Source of the DNA: Takakia lepidozioides
Taxonomy: Eukaryota; Plantae; Bryophyta
Reading direction: 5' to 3'
NCBI GenBank assembly: GCA_030704615.1
Contig: CM060733.1
Location: forward strand, 8,184,001 to 8,248,000
DNA: 64,000 nucleotides
Shown: positions 24,718 to 35,099 of the stretch, one piece after another
How positions within the stretch are numbered: the stretch's first letter is position 1
Layout of the letters: every line of letters begins with the position of its first letter
The notes under the pieces: model-generated
Databases searched by the model: none
The model's input: only the letters and a program-made list of their open reading frames with translations
Told to the model about the DNA's origin: nothing
Translations under genes and position numbers: made by a program

Positions 24718-25641
24718 TTGGGATAGTGGCAGTGGACATGACTGGAGGCAGCTAACAAGACATGGGAGGCCAAGCTCATAGGAGTCAATACATGAGATCC
24801 TAAGCTCAAGTTCACAGGTTGCAAGACAGCGACTAACGATGGGGCAACTCTTGCACCCGGCCTCTTGATCTATCGAGTTTGAGTGTAGTAGGGATAGTGG
24901 TGGAGGACTTAGTGAGGCTATGGTCACTATCACATCTTGTGGCTACCTGGACTTAGAGGGACCTAAGCACCAGCTAGGGGGGCGATTGTGTGGACTAGTG
25001 ACTGCCATAGTGGGCAGCATAGTGGCAGCCTAGTGACTGACTAGTTATAGCCTAGTGGTTGGACTAGTGGCTGGACTAGTGGTGGACTAGTGATATACTA
25101 GTGTGTGTGGCGTGCACATGTGTTGTGTGGTTTTGGACAGCGATGTAGTTGTGTAGCGATATGTATGCGCACGACAGCTACTTCATCCAACCATCAAGAC
25201 CTTTGGATGGATGAAGAATCTCCTACCACCAGATTTTCGAAGTTGAATTTTTTGCTTTATGAATTGCACCATCCGATACATCGAATTCATGTACTGTCAA
25301 GATCTCTACGGAGAACAAGCTCTCCAAAATAAACACAAAATATGCGCCCCACTCATCATTAGCCCTCCCTTTTTAGGCGAAAAAAACCTAAAAGCACCAA
25401 AAACCAAGCGCCTGCAACACCCCTTTGCAATTTTCAGGGGCAAAAATTAAAAAAAACGCGGAAACGGGGCGGGCTCTGGCCAGCTGGTGCTAGAAAGCAC
25501 CATGAATAGAAATCCGCTCCTCCAAACTGGAATACTGCCTCATTTGCACACTGTAAGTAGCACACTGCTCTCAAAAGATATTTGAGACGTGCTCTGTCTT
25601 CTACTAAAGCATATCTCTGATTGGATAGAAATATTGATCGA

Positions 25642-26370
25642 AGTGTTGTTAACCGTACATCACATTGACAAGAAGCCTGGGACGACAGAGGGAATCTTGA
25701 AGCTTTATGGTAGTCATTCAGGACTTGGATCATGGACTACATCATCGTTGGGCTAAGAATTTTCAAAACTACCCTCCACCTGAGTTTCGCACATGAAAAT
25801 AAAACAATGCAATGATTAAAAGTGAAGTTCTTCTTGCCGAGAGAAGGAAAGGCCAAGGAGACCCCGGCCTCTCTTGCAAAGCTAACCAGCAAAGACAGGT
25901 TAGTTTGAGTAGTCTCCCGGTCTCGCATATGCTCACTACTTGTCAAATCCCTTATAATGCTAACAAAAATCCCAGCATCTTCAAAACTCCACGGAACTAG
26001 AGCTCCATCAAAAGCCTGAGTGTGCTGCGCTTTCTCGTGGCCCGCGAGCTCCGGTCTACACCAACCTCATCACCTGTCTTTCCAGGGAAAAACATCTTGA
26101 GTAGCCCTTGTAGGAGGGTGGGAGAAAAGTATTTGTATCTTTGGTGCAGTAGGGAGCACACCTGGCTCCACACACACACAGACAGTGTTGTTAACCGCAC
26201 ATCACATTGACGACGACAGAGGGAATCTAGTGAAGCTTTATGGTAGTCATTCAGGACTTGGATCATGGACTACATCATCGTTGGGCTAAGAATTTTCAAA
26301 ACTACCCTCCACTTGAGTTTCTCACATGAAAATAAAACAATACAAAGATTAAAAGTGAAGTTCTTCTTGC
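25642..26370. repeat. ~190-bp direct repeats (25642-25837 and 26184-26370)
   Basis: Near-identical AGTGTTGTTAACC...GTGAAGTTCTTCTTGC copies with small indels. Confidence 0.9.
25838..26165 (-). pseudogene. UPF2 (regulator of nonsense transcripts 2) MIF4G-1 fragment
   Basis: QVCSLLHQRYKYFSPTLLQGLLKMFFPGKTG..RKRSTLRLLMEL*..LTSSEHMRDRETTQTNLSLLVSFARE matches the plant UPF2 N-terminal region. Stop and frameshifts present. Confidence 0.75.
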
Positions 26371-27936
26371 TCTTCAAACAGATAGATTTTTGATGACTAG
26401 GACTGAAGTTTAGATATAGTCTAGTTCAGATCAAGAAATGGAGTTTGAAGTGGTGCACACTTCAAACTCTAAGTATCATCTGCCTTGTCATATCGTTAGT
26501 TGCAGGGGTAGGTTCAGTGGTTATCATTGATCTCAAGCACTACACCCCCCTCAAAACTGCAGTGATGAGGGTTGACTACTCCTCTCATACTTATTGATTG
26601 CGTTTGAAGTTTGAAGCTTATTTGTCGACAAAGAAAATAGTCTCTAAAACCAACAAATTTGTAGTGCATTGAATGGTTGTAGATGTCTTCTTTTCTGGCT
26701 CATAGTTATCCTGCACGGTTTTCTAAACCACACATGTTTTTATAAAGCACATGAGTGAATGGTATTAGATGGACCAGACGTCGAAAGAAATTATTGATTG
26801 CTTTCCTTAAATATTGTTTTCTCTTATGTGACCACATTGACCACTCAAAGTGTCATAGAATTCAATGCCGATGCTTATGTACAACCCATCAACTGTCCCA
26901 GTGTTATAAAGAAGGTTGCAACAGTTATGGATGGTTATAATGAGACTATTGACCTCATGAGCTCTGTTTTCGGACGGTGGACCCCTTCTCCTTCAGATAG
27001 ATATAAAATTCACTAATCTTGTCTAATACAAATATCTTGCAGTCATTTTAAAGTCTATGTTACCAGCTTTGTGATGAACTTTGAATGGATGAAATTGATT
27101 AAGAACTTCATCCCACAAACTTCCTTAAGTGTTTGGTCATAGGCCAACTTATCCAAACAATATGTATGTAGTCCTTTACATGTGACCTCTGTAGAAAGTT
27201 GCAACTTTTGGTCTATGACCAAGAGGTGCACAAATAAGTTGAAGTTTCATAATCTCTAATATGTTTTTGCCTCTGAGCTGTAATATGATTTTTTTTCCCA
27301 TTATTTTGCTCTTGTAGATTCGATCTTGTCTAGGCCGCTGTGTTTACTCTTGTCTTTCGCTCATATCAAGCTCAATTTTTTTCTCAAAGATCCAAGGGAA
27401 ACATCCAAAAAGATGGTGCAGTCTAGGAGGAGCAAAAGTCACACAATTTTCTTTTGGCAAGTTTGCAACGCAAGCAACAATTCTTTCATCGAGACTGAAG
27501 TATAATACTACCTTCTCTTTCACTTGCAAATACAACATAGAATGGATACCCGTGTCACCATAACCACCAGGCTGGAGTTTCCTCCTAACTGGGCTGCATA
27601 TGGGAGAGTGGTTAATTGGAGCGTTTTGCTTCACAAAAGTGAGGGAAGTGGAAGCTAGATTTGCATATTGTAAGCATAAATTCGATAGTGGTTTTGTAAT
27701 GCAGCAAACAAAACAATATATCACTCACAAAGTTAGCACAACTAGCAGAGATTAGTATGACATTTTGATGATGAGACATTGACATACAATGGGTACAATA
27801 CTCAACCCTAATATTTTTGTCATGCACAATGACTACATGAGTTGATAAATGAGCACAATTCACGTGGATAATTTGTCAAAGGAATCTCAAGAGATTTGGT
27901 ATGAATGACATTTTCACTTACATCATGAGGAATGAA

Positions 27937-29109
27937 CTAGACGTATTCATCTAGCCTAGGCTCAAAGCTAATTCCTCGCAACTGCCAATTGTTGATATCT
28001 GGAAGTCGCGGACAATTAGGCAACCAATGCCAAGATCTTTTTTGCAAATCATACAACATGGCCGGAGAACTTTCAGAGATGGTCAAACAAATGAGATTGC
28101 CATTGCCAAAACAAAAGAAATGTCTGGAGGGACGCAACATCTCAACAAACTCCCTACGAAGTTTGCGTGGCATCCTCTCAACTTCCGTCCACAACATTTT
28201 TGGTTTTTCAAGCTCCCAGATTCGGATGCCAAGAAATGTTCCTTCTTCAGAACCTCCCACCATCATCAGTCGGCCATGACACTCCACTAGTGAGGGGGAC
28301 ACAATGTTAGGGGGCATTCTTACATGCACTTCAGTCCATAGACCTTTTTTTAAGTCATATGCAATCACACCAAAGGGGGAGAAGGTTACGCAGTAAAACA
28401 ATCCAGCGCACCAAACAGCGTAGCCTGCCCCGAGCTTCCAAGCAGCAGCCATGATCGGCCAGGGTGTGCCACCAATTATCCATGAGTTTGTGGTAGAATC
28501 GTAGATCTCTGTTGCTAATCTACCATTGTGAGCATCATCAAAGAAGAGACCAGCCACAAGGATTTTGTATGAGTTTGTCGAACGGTCTCTTGCCATGCCA
28601 ACCACATGTATCGTCTTGATGAATCGCATAGGAGGTAAATGCTGCCAAAATTTGGTCATCGGATTGCTTACGAATAGATTTGGCCATGGGAAAAATTCAT
28701 TTCCATAGCAAAGCAATCCTTCCGCCGCAGCCAACACACATTTCTCTGGAGAAGCTGAGGGAATAGGAATGTCATGCCATCTTCTCAAAGCCGAGTTGTA
28801 AGCGGACGATATTTTCCCCGCTGTGTACATGATGATCCAAGGTTTTTGAGGAGAGATTTTTGAGTATCTATCTACAAACCTGTCAGAAAGCAAAATAGAG
28901 TACCATAGTTTGCAGACAGTGCGCATTCGAAAGAGACTATGGATTGGTAGACACGCAAGAATTCTTTCTATTAGATCTTCGGGAAGCAAGTGCCAAAGGT
29001 TTTCATCCATAGTTATTTCCTGGTCCTCACTAGTTGAAGCTATTGTTCCCATGGCCACATCAATCAAACAGTCATTGTTCATCACCCTTTCTTCCTTCAA
29101 TACAAGCAT
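27937..29109 (-). CDS. F-box protein with kelch-like/beta-propeller C-terminus (intronless, 390 aa)
   Basis: LWHLLPEDLIERILACLPIHSLFRMRTVCKLW F-box, then GLLC..NPMTKFWQHLPPM, TEIYDS, LVECHGRLMMVGG, IWEL and FEPRLD. Intact ORF. Confidence 0.9.
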   Translation of the reverse strand: MLVLKEERVMNNDCLIDVAMGTIASTSEDQEITMDENLWHLLPEDLIERILACLPIHSLFRMRTVCKLWYSILLSDRFVDRYSKISPQKPWIIMYTAGKISSAYNSALRRWHDIPIPSASPEKCVLAAAEGLLCYGNEFFPWPNLFVSNPMTKFWQHLPPMRFIKTIHVVGMARDRSTNSYKILVAGLFFDDAHNGRLATEIYDSTTNSWIIGGTPWPIMAAAWKLGAGYAVWCAGLFYCVTFSPFGVIAYDLKKGLWTEVHVRMPPNIVSPSLVECHGRLMMVGGSEEGTFLGIRIWELEKPKMLWTEVERMPRKLRREFVEMLRPSRHFFCFGNGNLICLTISESSPAMLYDLQKRSWHWLPNCPRLPDINNWQLRGISFEPRLDEYV

Positions 29110-29467
29110 ACATCACTCGTCTATAAAATGCTTGAAGTGTAATTTGGAAGATTATCACTTGGTGAAGATACCTACCGTGACTGGAAAAAAATCAACAAAC
29201 ACAGGGACACCCAAGGCACCTTGAACTTTACTGCTACGTGTGAAGATCGAAACTGCAAGAAAGAAAATCAACCAATACCTGAAAAAATATCACAGGTGCC
29301 GAGACAGGAAAAGAGAGAAGGAAAGAGTCGCATTGAAAGGGTGCACTGCTTAGGGACAGTCACCCTTGAAGAGTAAGATCCTTTTAGTTTACAACTTACT
29401 ATACTGCTTGTGGTTTCGGGGACTGACAAAAGGATTTATAGTTATTTCAACTACTGTAATTACATGT

Positions 29468-29484
29468 GCTGGAGTAGCTCAGTT

Positions 29485-29517
<33 letters not shown>

Positions 29518-29541
29518 GAGGTTCGAACCCTCCTTCTAGCG
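29468..29541 (+). tRNA. tRNA-Asn (GTT)
   Basis: GCTGGAG..TAGCTCAGTTGGTTAGAGC..CTGTTAA..GGTTCGAACC..TTCTAGCG folds as a cloverleaf and matches plant cytosolic tRNA-Asn. Transcribed divergently from the F-box gene. Confidence 0.95.
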
Positions 29542-30455
29542 CCCATGCAGTATCTTCGGACTGCTTAGTTTCTGGAGTGCTGATGGTTCATCTTTTTGAG
29601 GTTGCGAGTTTTTTTTCTGATTTAAAATATCCGATCGATAAGGAGGTTACCAGTGAAATGCTTATTAAGGGCGATTGACCCACTGTGCAATGTGGTATCC
29701 CGCATTTGAACCCAGGACCACTATCCCACTACCACTGGTGGTGTTGCAGGTTAATTAATTAAGCAATTTACGGATAGGTGGGTTGCAGGTTTTTTAATCT
29801 CGCATACTTTTTTAGTTCTTGTTTCTGCAGACCTTTTTATCTATATCCAATTGTTTTCTGAACTTTGAAGGAAGACTTACATAGTCTCAATCCACAGGGT
29901 TATGGAACTGACATGAGGTACAGAGGACTGAATGCTATACTTGAGTTCTGATCTCAGTGCACTGGACACCATGAGAGAATTAGAGACAGTCTTCAAATCA
30001 TGTATCACTTAAGGAGTGGTGTAGTATTTTCAAGAGTGCTCCCATTCCAATCCACAAACATGCAAAGCCCTGAACTGTTAGGCAAGTTGTGAACTTGACA
30101 AGGGTGACAAAGCCACAACCAACCTTCCATGAATTCAACATGGAATCAAAAGTCACAGACTCAACACAAAGTAATTTCATGTTGGTGGGGCACGGGCACT
30201 CTTCAGCTTCTTGTTTCAAAACTCAGTTGTCCTCTTTGAAATCAGAACAAAACCAAGATTTGCAATAACCTTGAAAGAGCGACAAATTCACTGATTTGGA
30301 GGGTTAAACCTTTGGCATTGCGTAGATAACTTGAAGTCTTAACCACAGGATAACCCTGAAGTAGAAACCTGAAGCTGTTTTTGAAGATTTAAAAAAGAGC
30401 TATTGCCCTCTGTATCCTAAAACCAACCCTCTACCCAATATAATGTTGGAAACAG

Positions 30456-31490
30456 TCATCTGTGGCCGACCCAGTTCCACTTACTCCACCTGACTCTGAG
30501 TAAAAGGTGCAAGGCTGTACAAGTACACCACACAAAAAACATGCAGACAGCCATACCAATGCTTCCAAAAGAGAACCAGAGGAATACGAAAAAGCTTAGC
30601 AAAGCTGTCCACCATGCCAGCACCATATGTATGAAAGAGAGAGGGAGAAAAATAAGCATCACTGTCAGAGCCCACGCGACCTTTGCAACATCCGATAGCT
30701 TGCCCTCAACTACCCTGGGGACAAGCTCGGTAGCTAATGCTGCAATGTGGGAGACTTGAAGGAAGACAGGGACTTTGGTCCAAATACTTGGTGTGCCATT
30801 GCAAGATGATTGTACAGTGTGGGTGGGTGGTGAAGAGCTGAGAACGCGCAGCAGTATGTAGTTTTTGGGTAGCTCTTGGAGAGCCCGCCATGCACATACA
30901 CTCCTGCATTCAGGGCAACGAACACATCGCTGCCCCAGACCTGCATCAAAGAAAAGGTGCTCGAGGCAACCCTGTTACAACAGACAGGAAACAGAATCAA
31001 CATTACAACATTTAAATGACACTAAATGACTACCAGAGTAAATGAAATTCAAGGAATCCTGATATGCTATAGAGACTTCATAAGGCCTGAATTGCTGTGC
31101 TGTTGCATTTGGAGGTCTCACAAAAACTGACTGTCACTGGTAATTTCACTTCCTGACGGTAAACTTTGTGTTTCCTGGAAATGTTCTTAGCAAACTGTTG
31201 CTGTTTCCTTTTGCATCTCAAATTCACTCACCATCCCAATATGCAGCTTTGTGCCACTTGACAGTCTCTCTCACAAATTTCATTCAAAAGCATTGGAATT
31301 GATGTCCTTCCAAACTTTTGTCACAAAGAAAGCTGAAGACTGGAACCTGGCATATGGTGTGGCCACAATGAAGGAGGCGAGGCGTGTGGGCACCAGCATC
31401 AAACCCATCCCAGCACACAGGGCAGTCTGGCAGCTGTATGGGGAGGCCCCCCCTTGCCTGGCCCCTTGTTAGAGGGCCACTTTTCTTCAT
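30456..31490 (-). CDS. RING-HC (C3HC4) E3 ubiquitin ligase with C-terminal transmembrane helices, 2 coding exons, ~219 aa
   Basis: Exons 31490-31347 and 30971-30456 splice in frame to CPVC..PRLLHCGHTICQGCLEHL..VRCPECR..LPKNYILL, followed by a long hydrophobic tail. Confidence 0.85.
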
Positions 31491-34146
31491 CTCTATTTCA
31501 CCAACACCCACCTAATGGACAATGCCTGCCTCACCAGACTTTGCCAGCGAGATCATCTGCTCAAAGACAAAATGCCTGGAAGAATCTCTCTGTCAGGGGC
31601 TAGTTTTGTTAGCTGGTTTTTCTGACCTAGAGGTGATCAACCGGGAACAGTAACGAGTGAACACTACTCTCGGCAACCACTGATCCTTCACGCATGCGGG
31701 CATAAGAAATAAGAGAAACACATGCTTCACTCTACATTCATCGTCATATACTACATACATATATTGGACCTTCGTAGGAATAAATCCAGACTGATAACAG
31801 CACAATGTGAAAAAACCTATTCGTACAGTGCAAAGTGGGAAAAATCTAATCCCACTGCCACTTTCCCACAAAAAAAGTAGGGCACATAAACGAAGCTCAA
31901 CGCATGCTGCCAACTGGGTCTGCCTGTGCAATCTTACAACACTTTAGTTCCAAAGCCTCAATGAAAGTTTGCTACAGACTACATGAGGATCAATGCAGAA
32001 ACATAATCATCAACACCTTATAGATCATTGAAGTTGTAAGAATGTCCACCGTTAGCATTGCATTTCACTTTGGAAAAGAAATGGAAAATCGTGTATGAAA
32101 AGTAGAGTACCCTTGACGGTACACAGCAGTATAGTGGAGAAAAGTGCTCGCCCACGACTACGACAGGCAACCTTCTAGCAATATTGCTCTTCATTGATCA
32201 ACTCCCGGGCATATCCACTCCGATCTTGCCCTAGATATACCATAACTGCAGCAGATGATATCCACTGTCTATTGAGCTATACATTCGCCCTCGACTGACT
32301 GGTCTGTCTTTTGTCGCCTCATGCCTTGATTTCTCCCTTCATATCAGAGCCTTGGATCAGCGTGGCATCTGTCGACAGATGCAACAATGTAGACCCACTG
32401 AGGCAACGAATCACAATCACAACACAGTAATTGTGAGCGCATATTATTATAATTACGACTCGAGATGTCGTAACTCAAATTGGCGGAGACATATCTCCAA
32501 ACAGCCAACTTGGGAGTGGAAGTAATCAGTGTAGAACATCACGGAAAACCCAGTGATACTTCCCCCAACACCAACAAACAGCCGAGATGGAGCCCAATAA
32601 CTCCAATTGGAAAAGCTCAAGATTTGAATTACAAAACTCCGAGCCGACGATCACTCCAAACGAAAATGCAGACCTTGGCGCATACTCTTAAGAAACATTA
32701 CGAGAAAACGTGCTCGGAGAGAAGCCGGAAGAGTGCAGTAGTCGTCGACAAGCACAGTTCCAATACCCGGAGCCACTTGAGAAGCTGTCCAAGCCCAAGA
32801 TGAGACCCTAACTGGTGCGACAAATGGCAGCAAGCCAGCAGCAGGCCTGCAGAGTTCCAGGTGTCGATCCCCATTGTTTGTGCCTTGTCTTGTGCATCGC
32901 TCCACGCCCCACGCCACGTGCTATGCCTCCGCCTCCGCCACAGCGCTGCCGTGACGCCATTCCGTAAGTACATATTGGCACAACACTGTGCACGCCCGCT
33001 TCTCTCCCTCACCCACGTGCCATTCAAATCTTCTCACCTTCTCACTTAGGGTTCCGTTTCTCCCAAGCCTGCACCTGGTTTTGTTCATCCTTGTGACTTT
33101 GCATAGGGTTCCATGTTCCCTCCCCTGGACCACACACTTTCTAGAGCTCCATATCTCCTCTTTGGTAGGGAGATTGTTCTTCATGTGCAGAGCAGACAGG
33201 CAAACTTAGACTAGATGGCCTTTGGAGGAGGTTTGGTGATGGGTTTCTTGGAATTTTTCCTGAGGTTGTTTGGTCTCCTTCAGCCTTACAAACAAATGCC
33301 TCCTCCAAAGAAGGGTGAAGATATACTCGTCACGTACGTACAAGGGAGTCCATGTTAACATTTGGGCAGTTGTGGGATTGCCATCGTCTTCTCATCCCCT
33401 TTTTCTTTGCTCTTTGTTGCACGTTGGTACGTATTGTCCCGGGCGATGGCCTGAGTAAAGTTCAATTTTGTAGATGGGTTTCTGATGCAGCTATGGCAGT
33501 TCAACACTGAGGTTGTGATGTAACATACAGGTGGTTTGGTCCGCGGGATCAATTGTTGCAAGGGTGCTATTGTACTTGTTGCTCTTTTTAGTGGCCCCCG
33601 CTCTTCTCTCCATTCCTCCCATAATGCATGAGCCTTACATAAATGACTATTGATGGAGAACATCTCTCTTGTTAATATTTTCTCTATTTTCGAGGAGGAG
33701 AAACACTCTAGAACAAACACCATAAATGGACATATGATTATTCAACCTCTTGGAGTTCATAGGCATCTTGGCTAGGATATGACTTGAAGATTTAGTTGCT
33801 CCCAAATTGCAGTGATATTTGCTAGATACATATCTCAATTCTTAAGGTATATCATTTTCTCTCTTGTGGGCATGGGGAAATAGAAAGTTTATTGCGATGC
33901 ATGAGCAACAATCCATGGACAACCAACTCAAAAGGCGAATGTGCATTCATAGTGGATGGATCATGAGGAGCTCTTTGGAACATTTCCTTCATGAAAAATT
34001 TATTATATTCCCACCTAGAAGCATACAGATCAATAAGAGGGAGGGAACGGTACCATAGAGGTTAAAATTCCACATTCCCTCACTCCTCAGACAGAATGAG
34101 GGAAGTTTACATTTTCATATCCTTAAGATTAATTACAGGGGGATAA

Positions 34147-34315
34147 CCAACATGTAGCCCAGTGGTAATGGGCACATACCACGTTGGATGTGGTTGTAGG
34201 TTCAAACCACGGTCTGGTGTGTCATGAAGGTGTCAACCTTTCAGCTGGAAGGCAGTAGCCCTTGTGGTGAAGAGACACCATAAGTTACGCTTCCTTCGGG
34301 AGGCGTCATACTTTC
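34147..34315 (+). mobile_element. tRNA-derived SINE (~170 bp)
   Basis: A-box TAGCCCAGTGG, B-box GGTTCAAACC, ~17-bp TSD TTAATTACAG(G/A)GGATAA (34129-34146 and 34316-34332). Absent from the paralogous site near 41340. Confidence 0.8.
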
Positions 34316-34602
34316 TTAATTACAGAGGATAAACTGTTACATTTTATACCTTTTTTTGGGGATGAATTGCTTATTCCATACCTAGCAGTGGATACGTGGT
34401 AAGTTTTTTATGATTCTTGAAGGCATAACTACCATTCTATTACCTGTATGAAAATGGAAGTAATGGTCATATAATTTGAACATCACCAGAAGCGATGAGT
34501 ATTTGTTTTCTACAAAACATAATTGTAAAGTAGTCCATTCCACCTTGAAAGAGGTTATGAATTGAATTTATACATCAAAACTGTATCAACGACTCTTCCT
34601 AC

Positions 34603-35099
34603 CAGTGTTGTACCGGTATATAGGGTATTGTCTGGTCTGTGCACATGTATATGCACTGGTATTAGATACCAGACCTAGTCTGGTATCATTTGGGAGAATA
34701 CTTGGTCTTATACCAGGACCAGGCTGATATCAGTTTTTTCATACCAGCCACAATACTAGTATTCCTCCCCACGTATTCTTCTATTACTTTGGTATGTGTA
34801 ATATATTAATTTATTGTCTACATATTTGTACTTAAATATATTTATTTCTTTATTATATTGTATTTGTTTCCACTTGATACTTGTTATTTGATAAACTTGC
34901 TATTCAATGATGGCTTTGGAATGATACCAGAATTGATATCTCATACCAGCTGGTACTGTGGTCATGATACTCATACTCATACCAGTCTCAAAACAATACA
35001 TCTATTATTATATAAACCAAACTGGTATGATTTTTTTTCGATATTTCGGGTACCAAGACAAGTTTGGTATGTCCTAAAACTGATACCAGTACAAAACTG
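34603..35099. mobile_element. Non-autonomous hAT-type element (MITE), 497 bp
   Basis: 8-bp TSD CTTCCTAC (34595-34602 and 35100-35107), imperfect 17-bp TIRs CAGTGTTGTACCGGTAT / ATACCAGTACAAAACTG, subterminal TACCAG repeats. Absent from the paralogous site near 41615. Confidence 0.85.

Larger units (their letters stand above)
17572..24726 (+). pseudogene. gag-pol polyprotein broken by in-frame stops and frameshifts
   Basis: Consecutive ORF pieces: [109 protein letters not shown]. Confidence 0.9.
16350..25176 (+). mobile_element. Degenerate Ty3/Gypsy LTR-type retrotransposon carrying a DNA methyltransferase and a PHD finger
   Basis: Domain order gag, 2xCCHC, protease (LLDSGA), DNMT, RT (YIDD), RNaseH, integrase, PHD. 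Polypurine tract 24976-24982 is followed by TGT at 24987. Boundaries are approximate: the terminal segments do not match and no TSD was found. Confidence 0.85.

Noticed and set aside
26441-26470. 12-bp stem hairpin GAGTTTGAAGTG..CACTTCAAACTC as a Helitron 3' end
   Set aside because: The stem is AT-rich, and there is no properly spaced CTRR followed by T.
29496-29678. 60-aa ORF
   Set aside because: It overlaps the tRNA-Asn gene and is spurious.
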